Shown in pieces: positions 1 to 12,400 of a DNA stretch of 64,000 bases. Below the pieces are notes generated by a model that saw only the letters and a program-made list of their open reading frames with translations, made no database searches and was not told where the DNA came from. Positions within the stretch are counted from its first letter, which is position 1, and the number at the start of each line of letters is the position of its first letter. Source of the stretch: Octopus sinensis (lineage: Eukaryota); contig NC_043003.1 of NCBI RefSeq assembly GCF_006345805.1, positions 78,616,001 to 78,680,000 of the forward strand, given 5' to 3'. A program made the position numbers and the translations under genes.

Positions 1-1129
1 AACCAAATCATCTGAAAACAAATAACAATTGGATCATATCTCAATACCGCAAGGTAAGAATTATTATTTGCCATCTTTGATGGGTGTGTTATACTCACCT
101 AATACACCTATGATAGACGTTGGTACTTAATTTACTAATCACAGGAGACATAAAATAAAGAGTTGACCATGGCACGATAAAAAAACTCAAAGCGTAAAGG
201 GACATAACTCTATATCACATTCTTACTATCAACAGAATTTATTTTGCCGTCAATATCCAACAATAATGATTTTTAAATATAATTTGTAGAGAAGGGATTA
301 GGTGTTGAAAGATAGATCAACTTCAATATTTGGCTGGTATTGTACCTTATAAATCACAGGCAGAAAAAGAAATGGCAAAGTCAATTCAGGTAGGATTTAC
401 CTAATAATAATAATAATCTTTTCTACTACAGGCACAAGGCCTGAAATTTTGAGGGTGGGTTCTAGTCAATTACATCAAATCTAGTACTCAACTGGTACTA
501 AATTTATTGACCCCCCAAAAGGATGAAAGGCAAAGTTGACCTCAATGGAATTTTAAATCAGAATAGAAAGTCAAGAAGAAGAAGGAGGAGAAGAAGAAGA
601 ACAACAACAGTTTCAAATTTTCCCACAAGGGCAGCCCTTTGGGAGGAGGGGATGTGTCGATTACATCGACCCAAGTGTTCAACTGGTACTTAATTTATCG
701 ACCCTGAAAGGATGAAAGGCAAAGTCTACCTCAGTGGCGTTTCAACTTACATCGTAGCGGCAGGTGAAATACCACTAAACATTTTGCCCAGTGTGCTAAT
801 GATTCTACTAGTTTGTTGCCTTAATAATAATAATGATTTCAAATTTTACAAGGGCAACCATTTTGGAGGAGGGGAAGAGTCGATTATATCAACCCCAGTG
901 TTTGACTGGTACTTGTTTTATCGACCCCTAAAAGAATGAAAGGCAAAGTCAAACTTAGTGGAATTTGAACTTAGAACGTAACAGCAAAGGAAATACCATG
1001 AAACATTTCACCCAGCATGCTAATGATTCTGTCAGCTCACTGCCTTAGTGATAATAATAATAATTGTTTAATTATTGTCTTAATTATTCAAAATGAAATT
1101 AATAGGATACACACCAAGAAAATACTTAC

Positions 1130-1233
1130 AATGATTCTTTATCAGAAGGTGGAGTATATTTCAAAATCTTCAAAGTATTCATAATACGAAGAGCTGTCTG
1201 ATCAGGAGTTTCTTGTCTAATATCAAGTTTGTG
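1130..1233 (-). CDS. IFT81: IFT81 second coding exon (104 nt)
   Basis: ttttcag|CACAAACTTGATATTAGA ... TCATT|GTAAGT; phase 0 start fits the previous exon; not in the ORF track. Confidence 0.9.
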
Positions 1234-1573
1234 CTGAAAAGGAACAGAAATATAAAACGAAGGCATTGGTAAATTTTGTCCAAATTTCTGAAATGAGGAA
1301 TTATGGTTCTCATCTTGGTTATTACAGGCACATTTTGATCATTGTACCCTCTGGCCATCATCAGGTGTCTGCCATATTTCATAGTCTTCTCAGAATTTCA
1401 AACAAAAATAGGCACAGGAGTGGCTGTGTGGTAAGTAGCTTGCTTACCAACCACATGGTTCTGGGTTCACTCCCACTGCGTGGCACCTTGGGCAAGTGTC
1501 TTCTACTACAGTCTTGGGCCGACCAAAGCCTTCTGAGTGGATTTGGTAGATGGAAACTGAAAGAAGCCCGTCG

Positions 1574-1606
<33 letters not shown>

Positions 1607-4158
1607 ATATGTTTGTATGTCTGTGTTTGTCCCCCCCCCCCAACATCGCTTGACAACCGATGCTGGTGTGTTTACGTCCCCGTAACTTAGCAGTTCGGCA
1701 AAAGAGACCAATAGAATAAGTCCTGGGATCGATTTGCTCGACTAAAGGTGGTGTTCCAGCATGGCCACAGTCAAATGGCTGAAACAAGTAAAGAGTAAAA
1801 CCCTTTAACTCATTAGCATTTACATAATTCTTTCAAAATTAAAACTCATTTTTTACATTGTCTTAAATTAATCATGCATTATCTTTAGCATCAAGATTTT
1901 GATGAAGTAACTATTAATATTTAGAATGATGTTGTAAGCTGGTGTGATAGGTCAGATCTGGACTGTTTAAACATAATAGAATATTTTGGCAGGATGTGGT
2001 CAGTTTAAATGCTAAAGTGTTAAACCAACAGAGGTAGACTAATCTCATTTTGTTGTCTATACAAGGGATATTCTAATTCTGATTTCTGATGTGGATTGCT
2101 TATTCCCTTTGAAACAGTGTGTGTGTATTCACTACGTCAATTCGTTTCTTGAGCACACTCCTATCTACACTTTCTATTCTTCTGTCCCTATTCTCTCATA
2201 TCCACCTTGTACCTTGAGGCTATGCCTGACCATCTCTCTCTCTTTCACTCTGTCTTCCTTCCCAATCAGCAGATACAGGTCCTCAGCAAAACACCTGTTC
2301 TTGTCCCCTCTATCATACTTTCACCTCCTTCAATACTACTCCTCAACTCAGTGGAAAGGCCTTGTCTTGCAGTGGAAAAGTCATGTCTTGGTGATCTCAC
2401 TGTTGCTGGCACCATGAAAAAAATTACCCGGTATCATGAAAAAATGCACCTGGTGCACTCAGTAATGTTGGCATTAGGAAGTGCATCCAGCTGTAGAACC
2501 CATGCCAAAACAGACATTGAAGCTTGGGTCAGACTTCTTACTTGTCAGTTCCTGTTGAATTGTTTATGCCAGCATGAGTAAAAGATATTAACCAAAGATG
2601 ATTTTATATATATATATATATATATATCAGAACAATAAATACTAAAACTATTGAGGTGAATTTGTAGTTATCTTAGTGCAGTGAAAGCAGCATTAAGATA
2701 ACATGTTAATGACTTTCAGTCATAGTCGCATGCTTGAAGAAGCTTCAGAGAAACTAGAACTAGTCTATTAAACTTTATTTTATTGAGTTTGGAAGGATAA
2801 AAGCAAGGTTCAACATGAGCCGAATTTGAATTCAGTATGTAAAGGGCTAGAACTAAATATTGCAAGGCATTTTGTCCAACACTCAAACAATTCCACTAAT
2901 CCCTCACCTTATTCTTGGACGCTGCTTGCCTAGATCAGATAACATCCCCCCGTCTGGAAACCTTTTCGATACTGAAATAGATGAGCCCTGGCAACACTGC
3001 TTTCTCTATCAGAGCTTTACTGAACACATTGATCTCACACATTTCCCTTGTCCTTATTCATATGTTTCAGTTTTATATGAGGGGGTACCCAAAAGAAACC
3101 AGAATTTTGCAATATTATTTTAATCACTAAGTTTTACATGTTTCCACTTTTATTGCCTTCAAAGTATTCCCCATTTGAAGCAATTCATCAATCCAGGTGC
3201 ATTTTCCACTATTCGAAGCAGAGCTGGAACTCTTGTGAAGCGATACCTTTTAACACCTCCATCATTTTCTCTTCATCTCTTTCACATCTGCAAATTCTGT
3301 AGCGCCAACTTTCGCCACCAGTGATGACCTTCAAAAAAGGTCTAGATCAACTTCCAAGTGTTCTTTCAGTTCATGACATGTATTTAGTAGTGACTGCTTT
3401 TGATCTTCTGTGAGCAAGCAAGGCACAAATTTTTCTGCATTCACAATCCCTCTCTCAAAATTCATTGACATGAGCTCCTAGACACACCAATCATATCAAG
3501 TTTGTCAATTGTTCAGTGCAGATCCTTCAAGATCAGTTCATGAATTTTCTTAATGTTTTCATTCATTAGGGAGGTCAACAGTCATCTTGAATGAGGTTGG
3601 TCTTCAAGTGACAAGTGACCATTCTTAAAGTATGAAAACCACTTGTAAACTTGTGTTTTGCTTATGGCGGCGTCCTTGTAAGCAGTTTGAAACATGACAA
3701 CTGTTTCAGCTACCGTTTTCCCCCAGCAGAAAACAGAATTTCATAGAAATGTTCCTACATTTCAGCCATCACAAAAGTTGAGGAACAAAGGAGAAGCACT
3801 GCAAAACAAAGACACACCATGTGGCAGTAGTACAGCACTCGATGCTGCCGGTTAGCACACTGATGCCTGAGGGTCGCATCAAGTGGTTTCTAGCTGTAGA
3901 AGCCTGAACTACAATGGGCTTGTCCCACAGAGAACGTTTCCAGTTACTTTTGGGTACCCTCGTACATGTGGATAATCTACAAGCAGAGAAGAAAAGAAGT
4001 TGAATGCTAATTACCTTAGAGTCTATTTCTGCCAAAACATCTGTAAGAATCTGTAGTAATGACAATGGCTCCAAGCTATCAAAAGATATCAGGTTAAAAT
4101 TCTTATTGAAGGGTTCCTTGTTCAACCCTTGAACAATAAATTTCAGTTGATCCCTCAT
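1130..4158 (-). CDS. IFT81: Intraflagellar transport protein 81, 5' part; join(4158..4015,1233..1130), continues left of the window
   Basis: Spliced translation [48 protein letters not shown]|[34 protein letters not shown] resembles the IFT81 N-terminal calponin-homology-like region (human MSDQIKFI...[44 protein letters not shown]). Canonical AG/GT ends. Confidence 0.93.
3078..3962 (-). mobile_element. Internally deleted, decayed mariner element with both TIRs and TA TSD
   Basis: TIRs TGAGGGGGTACCCAAAAGAAACCAGAA / TTTCCAGTTACTTTTGGGTACCCTCG; remnants [35 protein letters not shown] and GEYFEG. Confidence 0.85.
4015..4158 (-). CDS. IFT81: IFT81 first coding exon (48 codons); the exon starts at an acceptor at 4182, so an upstream non-coding exon is implied
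   Basis: ttttag acceptor before 4182, ATG at 4158, AAG|GTAATT donor at 4014. Confidence 0.92.
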
Positions 4159-6227
4159 TGTGTTTTTTTCAGTGATTTAAAGCTAAAAGAGACATTCAAA
4201 GAATAAGAATAATAATTAGAAAAAATAAATAAAGGCTTTCTGAAGGTAAAGGAAATATAAAAATGTTTGTCCGCAAGTAATCAATAACCAAGTGGACTAA
4301 TGATCTAAAGCAGACCGCCATGGTTATCATTTCTTTCATATCTAGAACCACAAAGTCTATGTGCTCTGTTTTTAAGGAAGATTCTGTTGCTAATTCTAGT
4401 AGGCTGGTAGACTTAATTCTATGGAAACAAGTAAAGAAAAAAATAGGTTGAAAGAGTTATGTCCCTTGGTATTCGACAGCGTCTTAAATTGGGATGAATA
4501 TACAGGATAATGATATTATGTTGTGTCTGATAGAGTCATTTTTTTTTCTTTTTGTGCCTTATAATGTAACACACCCACCGGTAAAATTTCCACTTATTTT
4601 TATTTTTACTAAAATTTTCGTTGCGTCTATTAGATTATAAGCCACAAAAAGAAAATGACTCTCCCCAGACACAGCAGAATATGCTTCAACAGACGAACTC
4701 ATAAAAAATCCAAAACCGAAATATAATGATATTATATATATATATAATTCCAGAAACCACTTAAGAGATGTGAAGAAAGACAAGTGAAACTGAATACCAG
4801 TAGCACCATTTATTGGTGCCACAGAAGTATTCGAGCGCGCACGCACACATAAGCGCGCGTATCTCGACTTTCCTGATAACTTTCTGAAAGAAATGTATAT
4901 TTTAATGAAATTTTGCAGAGATACATTTCGAGAGTACAGTTTACGATTATATTAATAATATTCAGCTAGCAGAATCGCTACCACGTCGGACAAACAGTTG
5001 AGCAGCAATTCTTCAGGCATTTTTCTTCTAAGTTCTGAGTTCAAATTCCGCTGAAGTCGACTTTGCCTTTCACCCCTTCGAGATCGATAAAATAAGTATC
5101 AGTTGAGCACCGAGGTCGATGTAATTGACTACCACCCTCCTCCAAAACGTGAGGACTCGTATTTACAGTAGAAATGATAATTACTTTTGAAGTAGTTTTA
5201 GATCATTCCCCCTGCAATCTTGAGTTTTCTTTTCCAAACTATTTTCGAAATATAGTTCAAATGTAGAGAAAACAAAAGAGAAAAAAAAACGTGTGGGATT
5301 AACGGTAAACATTTTAAAAACTATTTTAAAAATATATATTCCAGCGGGTAGATTACATAAGGTTGAGGTTTTAGATTTATAAAGGTGAACCCTCTCCCCT
5401 GCAAATGCTGAAGTTACGGAGATAGGTGTGGAGGGAAAAAAAACCCAAATAATTTGAAACTCCCAACAACTTTTTTTTTCTTCAAAATTCTAACAATATA
5501 ATTGTAATCTACATGTTCGAAAACGTAAATCTGCGAAATTTCTTGAAAAAAATATAGTTTTCAGAAAGTTATGAAGGAACAAATTTAGAGCGGAACACCA
5601 ATATATAGTTATAATGTCCATTGGTTCATCAGCTTTATCTAAACTTTATAACGTAAATACTAGAAACTGCTAACAGAAAAACATGCACAAATACACATAT
5701 CAATTACTTGTCTCAAAATATGTAATATACAATTAATCTTATTCACATTTTGATATATCAAAACACCGTCTTAACCAAGAACAGGTAAATGAAGTAACAA
5801 GAATAATTACATACATTTATCAAATGTGTGTGTACACTAGTCAGCAAGTGCCTCATCTAAGTCGAAAGATCTACTAGATGTAGCAGCGAAATTTCCTCCA
5901 AGCCACAAATTCTTGTGGTAGATAAAGAAAAAGGACATTCAATAAACGCTCACAAAACAAATGAGGATGTAAGTGTTCGCTTCACCAACTATTCATCCAC
6001 CCAGTCCGGTCTGAATAAAGTTCATGTTTATGAAGAACATAACTTGAATAAAGAAATAATGAGATGACATTAACCGAAATTATAAGAAAATAAATATATA
6101 TATTAAATATTTACTTCACCTAAAGACTTTAGTTTTTTTTTTTTAATTTGTCTGTAGAATATACCATGTACGCAATAAAACTTGTAAACACTATAACTTA
6201 GGTATGTATATATATATGTTCAGTAAA

Positions 6228-6385
6228 GTTGTTGTGACAACGGTATCCAACAGAATAATTAACTCAGCCTCGTTCTGATAATCTACGTCGACTTCCGTTC
6301 AGTTTATGACTTCCTTTGTGGAATCCGTGTTTCTCCTGTCTCCGCCTTTTCATTAATTAATATTTCTCTGTTGCTCGTTAGCAAA
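6228..6385. promoter_or_regulatory. Putative bidirectional IFT81/SPCS2 promoter with RFX X-box-like site(s) and ETS-like cores
   Basis: GTTGTTGTGACAAC (6228-6241), GTTGCTCGTTAGCAAA (6370-6385), ACTTCCG (6291-6297) and ACTTCCT (6309-6315), between the divergent starts. Confidence 0.5.
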
Positions 6386-6387
6386 AA

Positions 6388-6420
6388 ATGGCTAATAGTA
6401 ACAAAAGTAAAAAGAGTACA
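6388..6420 (+). CDS. SPCS2: SPCS2 exon 1 ([11 protein letters not shown])
   Basis: aaaaATGG start context, ACA|GTGAGT strong donor, phase 0. Confidence 0.8.
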
Positions 6421-9400
6421 GTGAGTATAGTTTGTTTATATTACAAGCAGCTGGTTATTTAAGGGATCTTCAATTTACCCCTTCCATATGTAGCGCTCCA
6501 TCTGATGTTTATTGTTTAGTTGACACCGAACTAGATCTGTCCAAGCCGACATGTAATTTAAAGCTATCCCAGCTGTATCCGTCCCGTCCACCTTGTATAT
6601 ATATATGTACGACTTTGTTTTGCAATAATTTCCTTCTCTCTCAAAATGATATGGGAATTATTTAAACGAAGTGTGAATTTCTATTTCCAGCCGGTCAAAT
6701 TCTTCCCTTTCTGACTCCGTCGTCTTTGACATATCTTTTACACGTCTTAAAATACAACGTTCACTCACATAATATACACATGCAGAAATATGTATGTTGT
6801 TTTTCATACATCTACGCACTTATCGAATATATTTTAATCGCATTTAAGGCGGCGAGCTGGCAGAAACGTTAGCACGCCGGGCGAAATGCGTAGCCGTATT
6901 TCGTCTGTCGTTACGTTCCGAGTTCAAATTCCGCCGAGGTCGACTTTCGGGGTCGATAAATTAAGTACCAGTTACGCACTGGGGTCGATGTAATCGACTT
7001 AATCCGTTTGTCTGTCTTTGTTTGTCCCCTCTGTGTTTAACCCCTTGTGGGTAGTAAAGAAATATATATTTTAATCGCATGAATACATCGTTGCTGATAC
7101 CTGTTGCCACAAGTCAAATGATCTCAAAAATTGTTAATAATTATATTGGCATTTTCGTTCGTTTTTACATTGCTGAGGTTGACTCTGCCTTTCTTCCTTT
7201 CGGGGTCGATAAACTAAGTAGCCGTCGAGCACTACTGTTTATGTAATCGACTCTCCCCAGAACTTGCTGACAATTTGGCCAGTTTCTTTGGCACTACGCA
7301 CTTAAAAACCTTTCGATAATAATAATAAAAAAACTAAATATTTTCAGGCGAAAAGGTGTGTGATTTAAGGGAGATGTGGTTGTTGTTTCTGGCACATTGC
7401 ACAACCACCATCATCCTTTCATTGACATTCTCACATATATTGATATTTTTCAATGTTTTTTCTCTTCATAAACTCATTTTATGGTTTGATAATTGGGGAA
7501 GTAACACGCGCGCGGTCCATTGCTGGATTATAGACACAAAAAGAAAAAAATTGTAACTAATTAAGTGTCCCTCCCAAACCAAGCGAGACCATGTGTATAC
7601 AAGAAAAAAAAAGGCATATTTACTAACAGAAAAGTATGCTATTAAAATAAATCATCTTTTACATATCTCTTTTTAAAATCACTGTGGATTCTAAGCAATG
7701 ACCTCAGAAGTTTTTGCTTTAATAGCATAAATATGTTTATGGGGAGAAAAATACTGGAAAACATCAATACATGTGAGAGTGGCAAAGAAAAAAAGGGAGG
7801 TGGTTTGTGCAATGTGTTAGAAACAACAACCAAATCTCCCTTAAATTACACACCTTTTCATCTGAAAATATTTACAATTTTGTTGTTTTTTTACTGAAAG
7901 GGCTTCTCCCATGGCTTTCGAGCATGAAGTACCAGAAGAATTGGCCAAATCAGTCTGGGGGTAGAGAGGGTGTAAGGTGGAAAAAAAAAATTAAATTTCC
8001 AAAATTTCTTTTCATAGAACGATGCTCCCCATTATTATGAAGACCATGGTACAAAAAAGAAGAAGAAAAAAAAGGGGGAAATTCCCCATCAAAACAGAAA
8101 TTCCAACTTATTTGGGCATCCTGATCTGAAACTCTGCCCAATATTCTTAAAGAAAATAAATACTATATATTCTTTTCTACTCTAGGCACAAGGCCCGAAA
8201 TTTTGGGAGAGGGGGCCAGTTGATTAGATGGACCCCAGTACACAACTAGTAATTAATTTATCGACCCTAAAAGGTAAAGTTGACCTCAGCAGAATTTGAA
8301 CTCAGAACGTAAAGACAGACGAAATACCGCTAAACATTTTGCATGGTGTGCTAACGTTTCTTCTAGCTTGCTGCCTTGGTAAATACATACTGTATATTGA
8401 TTGCAGTGTACAAATAATGAAGGCCATTTCTTTTATGTTTTACAATATTACTTTATTGTCATATGCAAATTACTTAGAAGTGTTGTTTTTATTCATTAAA
8501 GTTTGTGAAATTAGGTCAGACAGTTGTGTGTAGAATGGATCTGGCTGTTAGCTAAATTTCTCATGAAGATCACCCTTCTGCCTTTGTTTAATTTGTAATG
8601 CATTTTATGATGGATAATATTAAAATGAATGAAGAAAGACAGTTTTTTTTTCACCACAGTACGATAGATTTAAAAAGGATTTGATAGGCATATTAAAGGA
8701 GTTCGGCTCAAATACTACTACTAACCTAACAATAACAATTTCATGCATAAGTGATCACAATCATCATTTAACTCTTTAGCATTTGTACTGGCTCTATCTG
8801 ACCCAAATATTCTACCTCCTTCATGTTCAAACTGGTCAGATCCAGCCACTTACACCTATTTGACAATGTCATTCTTAAAATAAAGCTCTAGCATGACTGT
8901 GGCTGAAATGAATACAGGAATAATCTCACCATGAGAACACAAAAGAATGAATAAATATGTGTTGCACTTGACGGAATAATCTGAATGCTAAAATGTCATT
9001 GTCCACTTTTCCGTGCCAGCATAAGTCAGATGGAATTTGTGGAGGTGTATATTCTCTGGCCAGATGCTTCTGCTGTCACCAACCCTCACTTGTCTCCTGC
9101 TCAGCTAATATTTCTTCATGGAAAAACGTTTTCATGAAAAATTGGAAATGAAGGTCACTGCTTGTATGATGGTGAGACATGATTGCAATTATCAGGCAAT
9201 GACAAGGCTAGGAGATAGTAACATATACATACATGTATGTATATGTGTGTGTGTGTATGTGTATAGATATATATATATATAAATCAAATGGAAATTGTAA
9301 AGATACCCATGCCGGTGGCATGTAGAAAGCACCATCCGAAAGTGGCTGATGCCAGCGCCGCCTGACTGGCATCCGTGTCGGTGACACGTAAAAAGCACCA

Positions 9401-12400
9401 ACCAATCGTGGCTGTTTGCCACCCTTTCTGCCCCTGTGCCGGTAGCAAGTAAAAAGTACCCACTACACTCACGAAGTGGTTGGTGTTAGGAAGGGCATCC
9501 AGCTGTAGAAACACTGCCAGATCAGACTGGTGCCTGGCACAGCCTCCTGGCTTCCCAGACCCCGCTTGAACCGTCCAACCCATGCTAGCATGGAAAACAG
9601 ACGTTAAATGATGATGATATATATGTGTGTGTGTGTGTTTTTATGTTCAGTTTTAATAAAAACAATTTTACATTAGTCTCATGGGTTACTCTATACTTTT
9701 GTAGAGTACAAATTTATTATCTTTATAAAAGAATGTTGTTGGCAGTGACTACAAAGGTTCGGCCAGTTAACCCATTATCGGATGATGGTTTAGCTGGCTG
9801 AAACTTTGAAGTCACTGTCAATATCATTCTTGTATAAGAATAATATATATGTGTGTGTGTATGTACGGACATACATACATACATACAGAGGATGCTGAAA
9901 GTTCCTGGCTTTGGGTAAGAGAAAATATAGGATCAGTTAATTCCCCCCTCACTTTCACTCACTTATTGCAGCTGTGCTTCAGTTTTTCTAAGCCCTGTGA
10001 AAGAAGTCGGAAGGTTGGGCCTCCAACCAGGCCTTTCATGATATCCTTAAAGCCAGGAACTTTTCAGTGCCCCCTCATATATACACACACAAAACTGACC
10101 TTGCCTGTGCTTGTGCCTCATAAAAAGCACTCAGTTCACTCTGCTGGGCGGTTGGTGCTAGGAAGGGCATCCAGTCACAAAAACCCTGCCAAACAGAGAG
10201 TCTGGTGCAGGCTCCTGTCACACTGTCCAACCCATGCTAGCATGGAAGGCAAACATTAAACAAAGATGATGATATACATACATGCACACACACACACAGT
10301 GAGATTTTAGTCAACCCAGGATTATAGTAGAAGATACTTGCCCAAAGTACCACACTGTAAAGCTTACAACACAGTCATTTATGCACCTTTCATATCAATG
10401 GCAACAAAAGTACCTGGCTATCAAACATCATTAAAAAATAGCAAACTATGAACTTTGAATTTCTAGATTTAATAAAAAAAGAAAATTACAGAGGTGTACT
10501 TGCATAACAAGTGACCTGCTCTGAGATCGTGTGCTGGAACGAAAACAATTGCAGCATGGAAGGTGTTTATAAGCCATTTAAGAAACACTCAAAAACCATT
10601 AGATTCACTTCAACATTTAAATTTAATTTGCCCAAATATTTTCGTTGCTTTGAGACCACAACCTGTTCACTGACAAAATTCCATGCTGCATCTGAGAAAG
10701 TAACAGTTAGTTCATGATATATATGTATGTATGTGTGTATGTAAAAAACAAAATTATATGTGAAAAATCTATTCCATCTTTTTGTCTGTTTTTAGTGGTC
10801 GATTGATGATAAACCTGTGAAAGTAGATAAATGGGATGGTACAGCTTTAAAGAATTCTCTGGATGATGCTGCAAAAAAGGTATGTTTTGTCTGCTGCTCT
10901 TTTTATTTTGTCTATTTTTTAAAAAAAATTTTCTGTGCTGGTGGCACGTAAAAAGCACCCTTCGAATGTTGGATCTCACACAGGCAATGATAAGTGACTG
11001 AAATCTTTGGTGATATGGCATGCTTGAGAAGGCCTGTCAAGCCAAGCGAAATTATAGTTGTGGCCAATGCTGGTGTCACGTAACTGGCACCCATGCCAGT
11101 GGCACATAAAAAGCACCCATTACACTCTTGGAGTGGTTGGCATTAGGAAGAACATCCAGCCATAGAAACCATGCCAAATCAAATTGGAACCTGGTGCAGC
11201 CTTCCAGTTTACCAGTTTCACTCAAACCATTTAGCAGATGCTAAATGATGATGATGAGTTAGAGGAGGAAAGGCTGTGTCCATGACTTGTGTCAGTGGTA
11301 GATAGTTACCCTTGAATAAAAAGCCAGACCCATATGATTGCACTGGAGTGAATTTCTTAAAAGGTATTCAAGGATGACATTGGAATATTAACCCTTTAGT
11401 ATTCTGATTCTGTCAAATGCAATGCTTATTCATTCACATTATCTCAAAGCTTCAAGATAACAATGATGTGATTATTTTTAGAATAACATTGTAGGGTAGG
11501 TGTGAGAGGCCAGATGTGGCTAGTTTGAACATAAAACTGGTAGAATATTTGTGCCGAATATGGCAGGTTTCAAATGTTGAAAAAGATTAAACTGGGCTAT
11601 GGATTAAGTCTACCACATGGAAGGCTTCCACACAGTTTCTATTTACAAAATTTTACTTGTAAAGCTTTAGTCAACCCAAGCTTATCATTTGCTCAAATTG
11701 CTCTACAATGAGATTGAACCTGAATCTACATGGTTGATCATTCCACTACCCACTACTTTTTGACTTATTCCCCTTCCAGTGCTGCTCCTGTATCTCTAAT
11801 TGTATCCCTCTGCATGCTGCTATTTCCCTTCAACTGCGCCTTCACCCTTGTTTATTACTCACTATATTCACCTCTACTCCCATCTTGAACCATCTGTTAC
11901 CCTCTCCTCACACTCTTATGAAAATATCCTCCCCCTCATCCCCTCACATGATCCACTATCTATTCTCCCTTATGCTCACCCTTATGTACTTTGAGTGTTG
12001 AATTTAGCACACCATCAGTACTTTCCTTTTATCTCCTTCAACCATGTTTCTTCTCTACAACAAGGCACCTGTACTTGTCCCTCCATCATACTTTAGTCTT
12101 TCAACACGTGGCATAATGTTACCTACCTCCACCTTCCCTTCTCAAATACTCCTTTTTTTAATAAGTGGGAGCTTTTTCTTTTTTCCTGTTCTTGAAAGTT
12201 TAAACGGCAACCTCACTAGTTCTGGTAGCATGAAAAAAAGCACCCAGTACATTCTGTAAAGTGATTGGCATTAGGAAGGACGTTGAGCTATAGAAACCAT
12301 GCCAAAGCTGACACTGAAGCTTGACATATGGTTTTGCAGCTTGCTGGATCTTGTCAAACCATCCAACCCATGTCCGCATGGAAAATCGACATTAAATGAC

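Noticed and set aside
1266-1787. Recurrent ORFs such as [14 protein letters not shown]... and MFQSFDCGHAG... (also near 16.4, 22.2, 58.2, 62.8 and 63.4 kb)
   Set aside because: These are translations of SINE family B copies, not genes
3962-4014. Mariner ends lying about 50 bp from exon donors in both IFT81 (3962 vs 4014) and ANKMY1 (35668 vs 35724)
   Set aside because: Two cases in a window this repeat-dense are compatible with chance plus selection against insertions closer to the exon
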